Source: the human T2T-CHM13v2.0 reference genome, Homo sapiens
Length of the DNA stretch: 64,000 bases
Assembly (NCBI RefSeq): GCF_009914755.1
Contig: NC_060941.1
Reading direction: 5' to 3' (one strand)
Shown in pieces: positions 14,318 to 38,949 of this stretch. The translations under genes and the position numbers were made by a program. Every line of letters begins with the position of its first letter. Position 1 is the first letter of the stretch. The notes below the pieces were generated by a model. That model saw only the letters and a list, made by a program, of their open reading frames with translations. It was not told the origin of the DNA and ran no database searches.

Positions 14318-15335
14318 CTCGCTCGCTGCATCCCTCCCTTCTGCAGGTAAGATGCCAATATTTACCCTACTGACCGTGGCCAGTTCTTGGTATTGCTCAA
14401 GTCCCCTGGGCCTTCAGACTGGCGGGTGACTTCAAGGGACCAACCATCCTGGGCCTCTCCTGGGACAAACACTTGCCTTCACCCACTATCGATGTCTTGC
14501 TCAGCCCTCAGAGGAGCGTGGTTGGCGTGGATTACTTCATGCCTTGATTCTGCCTTCCCGGAAACCACGGTGGCAGCAGGCTTGGATGTCACCAAGTCAC
14601 CGTGTTTCATGCTATTTCTGGAAGTTCTCGCCTTTGTGGCCTCGGAAAGGAAGGCGATCTGGTGCTTTGGGGAAAGCCCTCGGGATGCTCCTCCAGATGG
14701 TCTTCTTCAGGCCTTTTGCTCAGCATTGGTCTGATCAGTTCTGCCAGCTCTGGGCCATGATCTCTTGGCACTGGCGCGGCTTTCCTTCAATAATTCCATA
14801 AACTCCAGACTCCGTGTCTTTTGCATGGAAAGCACGCGGTGCCCATTTCATCGACACCGCACCCCGGAGTCCAAACGTCAGCCCTGCGGGTGTGGGGTTT
14901 GTTGGGGACAATTTCGGGCTCAGGTGCAGGGGGCGCTTCCCCAGCGCGGGCGCGTCCTGGGCGCCATCTGAGGCCGTGGGCTCCTGGCAGGAGGACCTGG
15001 AGCTTTCAGATCCCCGGGAAGGATGCATTTCCCCCACTCTTGGGCACAAGCTGCCCTTTGGTGGCGTTGGGCACGGATCACCGCCTGGCAGAAGCCCGCG
15101 ACAGCGTGGAGGGAGCGATGCCCCCGCCCGGGACTCCTGGTGGGTGATGGCGCCGGGAGGCCTTGGCTGGGACAGATCGGGGCCTCCCGGTCGGTCAGCG
15201 ACTCGCGCCCGGCTGCGACTTTCAGAGGCTTTTGGACACCGCCTGCCATCCCGCCGCGCCTCTCGGGGTCCGCTCCCCCGGACTGGCCCTGCCCACGGAG
15301 CGCGGGTAGCAGCCGGCGGCCAGGAGCCAGTGGCG
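14315..15335 (-). pseudogene. NEK4P2: NEK4 processed pseudogene (kinase domain plus following linker, 3' truncated, many frameshifts)
   Basis: Intronless, frame-shifting matches to recalled NEK4: LAAGCYPRSVGRASPGERT~LAAYCYLRVVGKGSYGEVT; KCILPGDLKA~KHILHRDLKT; AFHAKDTESGVYGIIEGK~AFNAKDMNSLVYRIIEGK; PELAELIRPMLSKRPEE; ELATVSRVNIGILPAEGRD~ELATISSVNIDILPAKGRD. The P2 number is from locus recall. Confidence 0.88.
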
Positions 15336-15800
15336 GGAGCCACCGGTGGGAAAACCGGCAGGAGGCTGCGCTGGACCCCGCTGGGCAGCGCCAATCCCTA
15401 AGGCAGCCGGGCGGGTGAGCTAACGGCGGCGGGGGCGGCTGAGAGGCTGAGGGGCTGAGGCGGCTGAGGCGGCTGAGGCGGCTGAGGGGCTGAGGGGTTG
15501 AGGCGGCTGAGGCGGCTGAGGGGCTGAGGAGGCTGAGGAGGCTGAGGCGGCTGAGGAGCTGAGGGGCTGAGGCGGCTGAGGGGCTGAGGCTGGTGAGGGG
15601 CTTGAGGGGCCGAGCGGATAAGGCGGCTGACGCGGCTGAAGGGACTGAGGGGCTGAGGCGGCTGAGGGGCTGACGCGGGTGAGGGGCTGAGGGGCTGAAA
15701 GGCTGAAGGGCGGGCAGCGTGCCGGGTCCCTGCGGCTGGGTCCACCGCACGTCACGTGGCAGAATCCCGGGGCTGCTTTCTCTCCGGCTGCTCAGCCACT
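14800..15800. promoter_or_regulatory. CpG island over the NEK4 pseudogene 5' half and the minisatellite
   Basis: High CpG density; MYB-like TAACGG (15421-15426); E-box GTCACGTG (15751-15758). Confidence 0.65.
15435..15710 (+). repeat. G-rich minisatellite of 8-9 bp units (GGCTGAGG / GGCTGAGGC)
   Basis: About 30 tandem GGCTGA-core units visible directly. Confidence 0.95.
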
Positions 15801-16912
15801 TGTTTTCTCACTGTGAACCTCGTGGGCTCCTGCTCGGTGTCCTTTCTTACTCTGTCTCTGTTTTTGCATTCTATTGGCAAGAATGTTATTTAGGATATTT
15901 TACTGATATAACTGAGGATGAACTGTGTTTTGCAGCATTTTGTTTTATTACGCGTTTTCTCCTAGATTTTGGTATCATTTTTATGCTGACTTGATTAAAC
16001 ATTTTGGAAACTTTCCTGGAACTGATAGCTTTTATATGATCTTTTTCTTGAGGTAATAAAATAATTTACTTTGAAATGTCTCAGCCTAACAACTTTTGTG
16101 CTTTTGTTGTTTTGTGCAGAGGTGGGAAGACTCCTTTGCATTTTTGGTATCACTTCTGTGTTAATGATTTTGTTGTTTGTTTCGCAAAATCACTTAGTGA
16201 TCCGTGTTTTCCAACTTAGAGTTAACATGCACCATTTTGCGACATAAAAAAATGTCTCGTATATCTCTTTGTATGTCTCTTTTCGTTTCTCATGTTTGGA
16301 ATTGTCTTCATTTTTTCATCATTAGTTTAAAGTAGGAATTTATTAAATATTCCCAAAAGACCGAAGTTTTACTTCATCTCCTAGGCAATTCATTTTTCAA
16401 TGTGTTATTCACTGATTTCTCCACGTTCATTAATATTGGGAATAATTTATATAAATTGATTATTGCTGCGTTACAAGCTTACGGAGCAACATTCTGTCTT
16501 CAGTATTTTAATGTATTTTTTAATTAAATATACTTTAGTCACTTATACCATATTTAAGTTTATTTTCCTGATTCTAGGCCCTCTAATTATTAACTAGAAT
16601 GCTGATAGTTTTCCCTAAGCTTCAATTGTTTATAATTTATTCATTTATGACAGGTGAGCATAAAACTACTTCGTTATGAAGATTCAATGATATATTGTGT
16701 AGAGATTTTATACTATGTGCTTGGACACAAACACTCTTAAATAATTGTTATTTTTTTCTACCTGCTTTTGACATAATGAAAGTGCATTTTTAATTTTTTA
16801 ATTTTTTTATTTAGTTGTAACAGACTTTAGGATATAATGGTCCCAGATTCTTTTGTTATCTGTTTTATAGCCACATTGTTTATTCTGTTGTCATTATATA
16901 GTATTTACATGC

Positions 16913-17216
16913 TGTATTAGTCTACTCAGGCTGTTATAACAAAATACTATAAACTGGGTGCTTTCAACAAGAGACATTTATTTTTCACAGCCTTGGAGGC
17001 TGGGAAGTCTATGACCAAGACAATGGCTGATTTGGTTCTTGAACAGGCTTTCTGGCCTCTTCTTATAAGGGCATTAATTCCATCATAAGGACCCCACTCT
17101 CATGACCTCATGTAAACCTAATTACCTTCAAAGGCCCTATTTCCAAATCCCATCACACTCAGAGTTAGATCTTCAGCACATAAATTCTAGGGGAAACAAA
17201 TGTTCATGCCATAACA
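16913..17216 (-). mobile_element. MLT1A/MST-type solo LTR
   Basis: TGTATTAG...CCATAACA termini and MaLR internal motifs. Confidence 0.7.
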
Positions 17217-18101
17217 CACACTGCTGACCCTTTCTTTCCGTTTCCATAGTTGTTTAACTTTATTATTTATAATATTTTGGAGGAATATCATAATTATCTT
17301 TTGGGTACTTATTAATTTTTTAATACAAAATGCATTTATTAAGCAGTGAAAATGCTAATAAAGTCATATAGTAGTTGCTTCCTATACTATATATATCTTG
17401 CGACATTTGAGAAAGATTTTGCATAATATATGTAATGCTATCATTCAAACATGTTTAATAAGTAGGTCAGAAAGAGAAGAATGTTTTCCATCTTCAACCA
17501 AACTAAGGATACATTCCAGGTCCAAATCACCAAATACATGAACTTAGATTTAAATGTTTGTAGTCAGGCATTCAACTGTTTAATTACAGTCCACCCGGAA
17601 CACACATTTTATTCTCAGTTCTCATATCAGCAGGGCATTGATAATGTGTACTTGTCTAACGGCAAGTCTGAGCATTAGCTTTTGATAGCATTTTAACCCA
17701 ATTTAATATTTCTGTGTGTGCTTAAGTGGATAGACAAGCATTCTCCAACACTTTTTCTGATGCTGGAAATGTTCTCTGTCTATGTACGAAATATGCTAAC
17801 CACTACCCACATGTGGCTTTTGAGAAGTTGAAAGGTAGATAGTGTGACTAACCAAATTTTTATATTATTGTAATTAATTTAAATTTAAATGTAGTAGCCA
17901 TGTGTGGCTATTGGACACCATACCTCTAGGTTATTACCACTGGTATCTAGATAGATCAGACAATTCACAGAAGCCTCACATGTAACCCCATTCTTCTTAA
18001 TGTCAAAGCATGGAGCCTGCTACTTCATCTCTCTACACTTTTGAGTTATCACTCATTTTTTACCCTAACATAAGTCAAGGTAGATATTATGCCAAAAATT
18101 A

Positions 18102-19525
<1,424 letters not shown>

Positions 19526-20506
19526 TAAAATGATAGGATTTAAAATATCATTTAAATTATTCAAATTTTTATTCAAAATTTGAGAAGAAAATTCTGGGTT
19601 ACAAAATAGGCGTTATTCTGTAAGTTCTGTGTCCTGCTCTGAGCATAAGTGGTCTGATATTAGGAAAGTCAATAATTACCTTAGTAGTACTTTCTCTTTA
19701 AATACCATAAATAAATAATGTAATTAAATGTACCATTTAATCATTACATGTGGTAAATCAGTGACACACACACACACAAACACTCACAGTGAATTTACCA
19801 GATGCATCCCATCAGTCTGGCAAAACACCTATGATTAATAAAATATATGTGGAGACATATTGGTCCCTACTCTTCAGAGTAAAATTCAGGTGGATATGGA
19901 TATATTATCTTTTCCTCTGAAACTAAAATTAAGGTAATATTCTACCTTTTAAGGGGATAATCATTCTCATTTTTAACAATGAGACTATTTCTGTCATTCA
20001 CTTACCTATTTCACAATTCTGAGACAGGCTGAAACAAACAAGAAAAAACCATATGTATTAACATATGTTATCTTATATAAAAATTATTTTGACTGTACTT
20101 CTGCCCTTTATTAGGATATATGCTAATTAAATATTATGTTAAAGGATCTATAAATGATGATGAAATAATTTTCAAGTACAGTTTAAGTAAAGCTACATCT
20201 ATTCTTGCTGCTCCTGTCATAGCCTAGATTTATAGCTAATTTTCATGAGTTACCGTTTTGTAATACACATCCCCCCAACCATGCCACTTCCCAGCTTTTA
20301 AAAGAACTTAAGGATTTTTAATAGGAATTTAGAGAAAGTATTGCTGCCTCCTATCAGAATTTACTGGCACCTTTGCTCACAAATTGGAAGTAAAATATGT
20401 CACTGTGACCCTTACTGGTATCCCTGATGTGTGACATCAATTGCACATTTTCTTTCCTCTGATTTTATGTGTATGTTTGGTAGATCAGATAAACCTGGGA
20501 CATGTC

Positions 20507-20678
<172 letters not shown>

Positions 20679-21029
20679 AAACCTGGGACATGTCAAAATT
20701 TCTATAATGAAATGTTTGTGTTTGCCTAAAATAAATTCCTATTAGAACAATAAAAGTGAGAAACAAAACAAATGTAAAATGGAAACAATTTATATAACCT
20801 GGCAAAACACAGTAACATTAACCTATATTTAATGAACACATCGAAACTCAAAACCAATAATTTATCATTGTAGTAAAAATATACAACAGAAATTATGAGA
20901 TGGTTTCCTCAGTGAAAAGCACTGTGTGTACAATCAGTCCCTAGATGACTTCATATTTTTCTAGTCTAATTCTAAGAATTTGCTCATAATACTATAAATG
21001 GAACTGTTTTCCAAATAATATTAACGTCT

Positions 21030-24764
<3,735 letters not shown>

Positions 24765-26477
24765 TTAGAAATAACATTTTGACTTATAATTTAGACACCA
24801 TCAAATAATGTACAAAAATATGCTGCTTCCTTTCCTTTCTCTTCTTACCAGACAATTGTCAATTTTCTTTTCAACTTCTTTCTTCTACTTGTTTTTTTAA
24901 AAACACTCTGCACATTTCCAATCTTAGTACTGCAGAAACAAACTCTGTGGTCAAACCACATATACAGGAAGAGTTGAATTATATTCAAGCATTTTTAAAA
25001 TAAACAATTCCCCCTCACTGTTCTGTGATTATTTTATATAATCGAATGTCTTCCAGATGTACATCCCAAACCAAACATACATCTGGTTTGTACATCTGGT
25101 TTTCAAACTCTGCTGTGTTGTCTAATTGCATCAGAATTATCCAAAATTATAATAATAAATAGATAAATGGGCACAACTCCAGATTTATGAAATCAAAATT
25201 TCCAGAACCCAGGAATATACATTGAAAAATGTCTCCCTCAGGTGATTCTGACGTCACATGTGGTCCGAGGTTACAATGCAAAGAAAATTACCTTCCTTGC
25301 CCTCCAGTTGACCCCTATATCCACATGTCCTCTTCCTCTTTTGCATTCTGCCTTCTCTCCTTCTGCACCTTCGTCCGTCCTCTCTTCCCTCCACTTCTTC
25401 TAGTCCAGATCCCAAGCCCTCCCTCACCAATTCTCCTAAAACTCCAAATGGTCAGTTGCCTGTAAAGTTCCGTCTGTTCCATGAACAAGTTATGCGGGCA
25501 AATGTAGAATTTAGGCTTGGGCCCAGCTGAATCAAGAGCTGCAATTAAAGATTTCCCTAAACCCAGAGGGGACCAGCAAATACTTATAGAAGGTTATAGA
25601 TTTCCTGTGAGTGCAGATGGCTCAGGGTGACCGGATGCTGTAGACCAAATCTTATTGTCCCCCTCAAATTCGTGTGTTAAAATCAAATTCCCTATGTGAT
25701 GGTCTTTGGAGGTGGGGCCTTGGGAGGTGATTACTTCATGAAGCAGAGACCCCATGAATGGGATTAGGCTCAGGCCTGTAATCTCAGCAACTCTGGGAGG
25801 CTGAGGCGAGTGGATCGCCTGAGATCAGGAGTTTGAGACCAGCCTGGCCACATGGTGAAACCGCGTCTCTACTAAAAATACAAAATGGCAGGTGCCTGTA
25901 ATCCCAGCTACTCAGGAGGCTAATCACTTGAACCCGGGAGGCAGATGTTGCAATGAGCGGAGATCATGCCACTGCACTCCAGCCTGGGTATCAGAGTGAA
26001 ACTCTATCTCAAAAAAAGAAAAAAAAAAAAATGAAAGCAGGAGGTAAATTGTATATACATGCAAACATCAGTGTCATGACACCTAATTTATCAGGATTTG
26101 ATAAATTAATTAATTTGACTGATTTTGGGCCACAGAGTCATTGGATAACTTGATTCCACTTAAAACAAGGGATGATTGGTTTGGTTTCAACCTATTCTGT
26201 TTTTCTAATTCGTCCTTTCCCACACTCTACTCAGAATGAATTTGACATTGTAAAACTGGCTTGTATCATAATGGCTACTATGCTTTAAAATAGGGTAGGT
26301 GCTTTGGGATCGTTGGAGTTTTAATGTACAAACCATTCATAATTTATCCCCAAAGCAGTGTGGATTGTTTTGTGAATGTTCTACATCCCCTGATCTGAAA
26401 ACTGACCAGAAAAGCTACCACTGAGATAAAGCAGCCATCCGACTTAGGGGCCTCCTTCCTCCCACTCTCCAACAAGA

Positions 26478-26767
26478 CTGGAAATAAAGGAAAATCTTGA
26501 GTTCCTTCAAGGGAAATTCCAGGCACCCAGCTGGCCCTGAAAAGTAATGAGCAACTTGATAAACAAGATCATAATAGTAGCTTAAAACAATAGCCAAGGC
26601 AGTTAGAGTTGTGAGATGTTTGGTTCCCTATAGAAACTAATAGTAACATTTTAACACAAGTCCCTGAGTTGTTTTTCAGAAACCCGAAGCCCCACCAAAT
26701 GGATACCCTGGCATGCAGACCTCAGATAAGGGGGAAACAGAACTGAATTTTGAATCTCTGTTCTTTC
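26478..26767 (+). mobile_element. MER39-like ERV1 LTR, 5' half
   Basis: GAGTTCCTTCAAGGGAAATTCCAGGCACC...GACCTCAGATAAGGGGGAA matches the recalled MER39 consensus. Confidence 0.7.
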
Positions 26768-26769
26768 TT

Positions 26770-27355
<586 letters not shown>

Positions 27356-27359
27356 CTCC

Positions 27360-30242
<2,883 letters not shown>

Positions 30243-30407
30243 TTATTTCCCCCAAGAAATGTCTGCAGTAGAGCCCTGACCGTGTGAGGGAAGTAGTGTA
30301 GTTACCAAGTGGTGAGGGTGGGAAGGTGAATTTGAAAACACCATTTGGAATTACTGCACTTTAAAGGCAAAGCTGGCAGGTTTTCCATACACGACAGATC
30401 TGAAAAT

Positions 30408-30409
<2 letters not shown>

Positions 30410-30448
<39 letters not shown>

Positions 30449-30470
30449 ATGGAGAGACAGAGAGAGAGAG
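30410..30470 (+). repeat. (TG)n followed by (GA)n microsatellite
   Basis: Seen directly. Confidence 0.95.
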
Positions 30471-31089
30471 AATGAGAACCAGACAGATACAGAGAGAACT
30501 AAAAGGGGATATCAAGAATATTGAGCTGAGAAACTATAAAATGGGAGTTGCCATTAAACAGATAGGGGAAGAGCAAGTCTGGGGAGTATTGGAGGCTCCA
30601 TGTGGACCTTCATTTTGAGATTCCTGACTGACACCCAAGTGAAGAAGTCAGACGGTGCTGGGTGTAGTCTAGTGTTGAGGTATAATATGAAATATCAGGA
30701 AATTAATGACACAAAAATTAGTAAGAAAGTAAATAAAAGAAAGATAAGTCCAGGTCCTGAGCCTAGTGCTTCTCTAACATTTAAAAAATAGTAAAGGTGA
30801 GAAAAAAACAGCAAAAAAGGACTAGGGGTAATTATAAAAAATGTCGGGGGAAAGTGGGTTAAGTGTTCTGGAATTCTATCAAAGAAAGTTTTGCAAAAAG
30901 GACAGATCACCTGTGTCAAATGCTGCTGATACATAAATTAAGACAAAGGCTGAGGAATTATGCTTTAATTCATAATTTAACAATATGACTATCGTTTGTG
31001 CTTTGAGAAGAGCAATTTTGTTGTAGTGAGTAGGTGAGAAACCATATTGGAGTCCTTACTAAAAGGAATGTCTGATCTCTGGATTCTCT

Positions 31090-31122
<33 letters not shown>

Positions 31123-31571
31123 AGACAGAGTCTTGCTCTGTCACGCAGGCTGGAGTGCAGCGGCTCGATCTCAGCTCACTGCAACCTCTGCCTCCTGAGT
31201 TCAAGCAATTCTCCAGCCTCCTGCTTCTACTCACAGAAGCAGAGAGTAGAATGGAGGTTACCAGGGGTGGAAGGCAGGGGTTTGGGGAGACGGTGAAATC
31301 ATTCAAAAGTGTAGTTAGACAGGAGGAATAAGTTTAAGAGATACATTGCACAACATGGTGACTGCAGTTAATGTATTGTATTCTTGAAAATCAAGAAGGG
31401 TTCTCACCACAAAAAGTAAGTATGCATATGTTCCTGAGCGCAATGTAATCATTCCACCATCTACCTATTTCTAAACAGGTTTTACACAACATATATACAA
31501 TTTCATTTGTCATTTAAAAAACGAATGAATTGTAAAAAGAATTAAGTACTGGAAAACTTGTCACAGTTTAG

Positions 31572-32460
<889 letters not shown>

Positions 32461-32576
32461 GCTATTGTGACCAAATAAGCTAAGTTTACTAGAGATTAAT
32501 GGTTTATGTAAGTGGTTTAATGACATAACAATTTCCATGAAGTTAATATCATAATATATATTAAAACATATTTGAG

Positions 32577-34400
<1,824 letters not shown>

Positions 34401-34730
34401 GTGATTGGCTCTGTTTTTAGTAATTATGTGCAAACCATCTAGAACCAGCTCTGGGCAATGGTGTTGCAATTTCCCTCCCTCCATGCTGGCACCATACCAG
34501 CCCCTCTCCAATGGGAGCCCAAGTTGCCAGTGACTGTGGCCAAACTCTCCATTTTTGTCTGTATCCTGCTCTCTTTAGGTTAAAAAGAAGGAAAGAAACA
34601 TGAAAGGCCATGTGCAATTTATTTTTATAACTCAAGGAGTTTCCCCGACTACCATTTTTTTTGTTGCCAGTGGGTGTGCATATAGAAGAGGAATGCTATA
34701 TCCTGTCCCTAGAAGTACACATGGTGGTCA

Positions 34731-34916
<186 letters not shown>

Positions 34917-34937
34917 TCACTGCAACCTCTGCCTCTG

Positions 34938-34946
34938 TCACACACA

Positions 34947-34984
<38 letters not shown>
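34938..34984 (+). repeat. (CA)n microsatellite after inverted Alu halves (34726-34937)
   Basis: Seen directly. Confidence 0.9.
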
Positions 34985-34986
<2 letters not shown>

Positions 34987-36666
34987 GAAAAGAAATACAG
35001 GCGGTGTTTCAGGGAAGGGAAGGTTCTGCTGGGGTCCTGGAACTGTGACTGATGGCCTCAGGGATGCAGGAATAGGCCTTCTAGCACAGCAGCTAGTAGG
35101 CTCCCCCAGGCCATCCGCTGGCGTGTGGAGGTGCAGGACCTGGGGGAGGCAGTCCTCACCCCAGCTAGGCCAAGGGGTAGGGTTTTTAGGTCTGTTTTTA
35201 ACAGAACTCAGAGCACCAGGTGAAGGTGGAAAGTTGGTAAACTGGGAAAACAAGGTCAGCATCTTACATTTTCTATACTCAGCAGAGTGTGCCATTCCCG
35301 GTTTCTGTCCTGAGGCTTTCAGAGGCCACAACAGCCAGGTTTCTTTCCATCTTCCCTCAGTCAGTATGTAGTCATTTAAAATTCTTTGGTTGTTCTGAAG
35401 ATCCTTTTTTTATGTATAATTTTTACATGAAAGACAGCTGCAAAATGCAAGCCTCAGTAGAGTGGGGGAGTTTTTCAAGGTGAGAAGTCGCTGTTCTCTG
35501 CACTGAACAGGGATTGAATTTTCCTTGTCTGATGGTAGCCCATCCCCCTCCCCCGCCGCCCCCCGCAGGGATAACATTCTCAGGAATTTCTCTTGTCCTA
35601 GCCCCTTTCATTTCAAAAACAATATTAGTCTTTTGTTTTCCTTTTTCATTCATTTGTTTTTTTACAGCTTTTGTAGAGACCAACCCAAGTAGATGCCAGT
35701 GGGTATTAAACAAAAACACACATACCCAGGGGACAAGCCCTCCAGCGGTGAGGAATCTCTGCCATGTTCTCTTCCCTGCTGCCCACGAACATTACGGAGA
35801 CTCCCTTAGTCTCCCCCTCCTCTTCCCCACTGAGGGGCGGCTTGTGGAGATGGAGGACTCGGGCCCATAGATGCAGACCCACTGTCAAATCCAGCAATAG
35901 TTCTCATTCTTCCAAAGCTCGAGTGCCATTTTGAGATGCCCTACCAATGACATGCAGTAAAGGACATAACCTCACAGCCTTTTTAGAAGCATTTTGAATA
36001 TCTACAGTTGCCTCAATTCACGGGGCATTTCATTCCTCTGATCCAGGTTAGAGTTTTGCTAAATCTGTAGCATCCTGAGTAGCACACTAATTTTTTTTTT
36101 AGCACACTAACTTTAACTACATTAGTTGAGTGTAGTTGATACATCTGTGGCCTTGTGTCTATAAAGAGCACACTAGATTGTACCCAGCACTTTTGGATAT
36201 GACATGCTAATTAGATGTATTTAACTATTCATAGGAAAGTGTATGATAAATGACTGTAATATTTCTAATAAATATATTTTGTTTCTAATTATTTTTTTCT
36301 CACTGACATTTATCAATATTTTTTCAAAGTGCCACCCTTAAACTGAGTCTGTTTTCAGACCAGCATCTTCATGCATATATCCTTGTCAGGTCACAGTCTC
36401 CACTGCAGCTGCTCTTGCGGGTGGTGCTGGAATTTTCCACAGAGGACTGGGCTCCTGCTGGTTCCTCCGCTGCCCGTGTGCAGCTTTCTTGCTCAGGCCA
36501 CAGGCTTACGTGAAGATCACCCTTCAAGGCCTACCCAGGACACTGCTGAGCTGTGCAGATGTGCACACGATATGTGCAATGTCATACGTGTGACTAAATG
36601 CCAACTGAGACCCCAGAAACCACTCGTAGGGGGAATTATGCCAAGATTGAGGAGGCAGGGTGATAC

Positions 36667-37693
<1,027 letters not shown>

Positions 37694-38202
37694 GTCACTT
37701 TTCTTCAATCTCACTGGTGCTCGCGGGCTGAAGGGTCAGGACGGACTAGAGGCGAGCAATCCTGGTGGCACCAGGCGTTCCCCGACCCGCCCGGGTCGCC
37801 AGCTGCACGGACCCTGGGCAGATGCGCGCAGCGGCTGCGGCACACGGCGGGGAGCGGCTGCTTGGCCCCATCCTAAGGCAGCAGAATGCCCAGAGCTGGT
37901 CCCTGGCTCCAGGCGCAGGCCGAGTAGGAGCTGGGCGGGCAGCGGCGTCGGGCAGGCCCTTCCAGCCGGGCTGACAGGCCGCTCTGACCCAGCCATCAGA
38001 CTCCGCTTGCGTCCTGGCAGCGCGGACCCTAGGGCAACTTTGCTGCAGTGGCCAAGCCGGGGGCGGAACTGACCCGTACCCCTGAACCGAGCAAGCCTAG
38101 GAGCAGGTGCGCCGGCGGCGCTGTGAAGCGGCACTCATGACAGGCAGGCTGGGCGCCGCCACCCCGAAACCTCCGAGGGAGGACCAGCCAGCCCAGGTTG
38201 GC

Positions 38203-38364
38203 GCTGGAGCTGCAGCGCCACCTGCAGGCCAAGGAGTCTTTTTCTGGGAGGCTGGAGCTGCAGCGCCACCTGCAGGCCAAGGAGTCTTTTTCTGGGAGGC
38301 TGGAGCTGCAGCGCCACGCCACCTGCAGGCCAAGGAGTCTTTTTCTGGGAGGCTGGAGCTGCAG
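38203..38364 (+). repeat. 48-bp tandem repeat, 3.3 copies
   Basis: GCTGGAGCTGCAGCGCCACCTGCAGGCCAAGGAGTCTTTTTCTGGGAG at 38203, 38251 and 38299 (+5 nt), then a partial copy at 38352. Confidence 0.97.
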
Positions 38365-38605
38365 ATGCAGTGAAGTCACAGGTTCCGTGATGTCACAGGT
38401 GGGCAGGCGCACTGGTCTGTAACGGATTGGCTTGGCCTTACCCACGAGGCTTTGCGGTGGCTGTTGGCTTGGCGGTGGTCGCTTGGCTTGGCGTGGCAGT
38501 GATCGCTTGGCTTGGCATTTCTGGCTTGGCGGTCCTCCTTTCGCAGATTGGAAACCGCGGGCTATCCTGCTGGGAGGTTGTGGCCGAGGCAGTAGCTCGC
38601 TACTG

Positions 38606-38949
38606 ATGGCCTCCTGGGGTGGAGAAAAGCGGGGAGGGGCTGAGGGGTCTCCGAAGCCGGCAGTCTACGCCACGAGGAAGACCCCTAGCGTCGGGAGCCA
38701 GGGGGACCAGTGGTACTTGGGCTACCCGGGGGACCAGTGGTCCTCGGGCTTCCCCTACAGCTGGTGGAAAAACAGCGTCGGCAGCGAGAGCAAGCACGGT
38801 GAGGGCGCCTTAGACCAGCCCCAGCACGACGTCCGCCTGGAAGATCTTGGCGAGCTCCACAGAGCTGCCCGGTCGGGCGACGTCCCTGGGGTGGAGCACA
38901 TCTTAGCTCCTGGAGACACTGGCGTGGACAAGAGGGATAGGAAGAAGAG
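38606..38949 (+). CDS. CCDC144A: CCDC144A coding exon 1 ([11 protein letters not shown]...VDKRDRKK), including one residual ankyrin-like repeat
   Basis: ATG at 38606, donor AG|GTAATG, phase 2; matches the recalled CCDC144A N-terminus. Confidence 0.93.

Noticed and set aside
15435-15710. PRDM9 13-mer (CCNCCNTNNCCNC) array or Ig-switch-like repeat
   Set aside because: The main units give CCGCCTCAGCCGC, which misses the conserved T, and AGCT pentamers are nearly absent.
14920-15750. 276-aa and other long ORFs across the minisatellite
   Set aside because: Products of GC-rich repeat DNA and frameshifted NEK4 remnants; the kinase catalytic motifs are destroyed.
38203-38364. CRISPR-like array or coding repeat
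   Set aside because: Head-to-tail repeats with no spacers, human context, and the third unit breaks the frame.
38432-38605. N-terminal extension of CCDC144A
   Set aside because: Starts at a non-ATG codon in a (TTGGC)n-rich leader; the recognised protein begins at ATG 38606.
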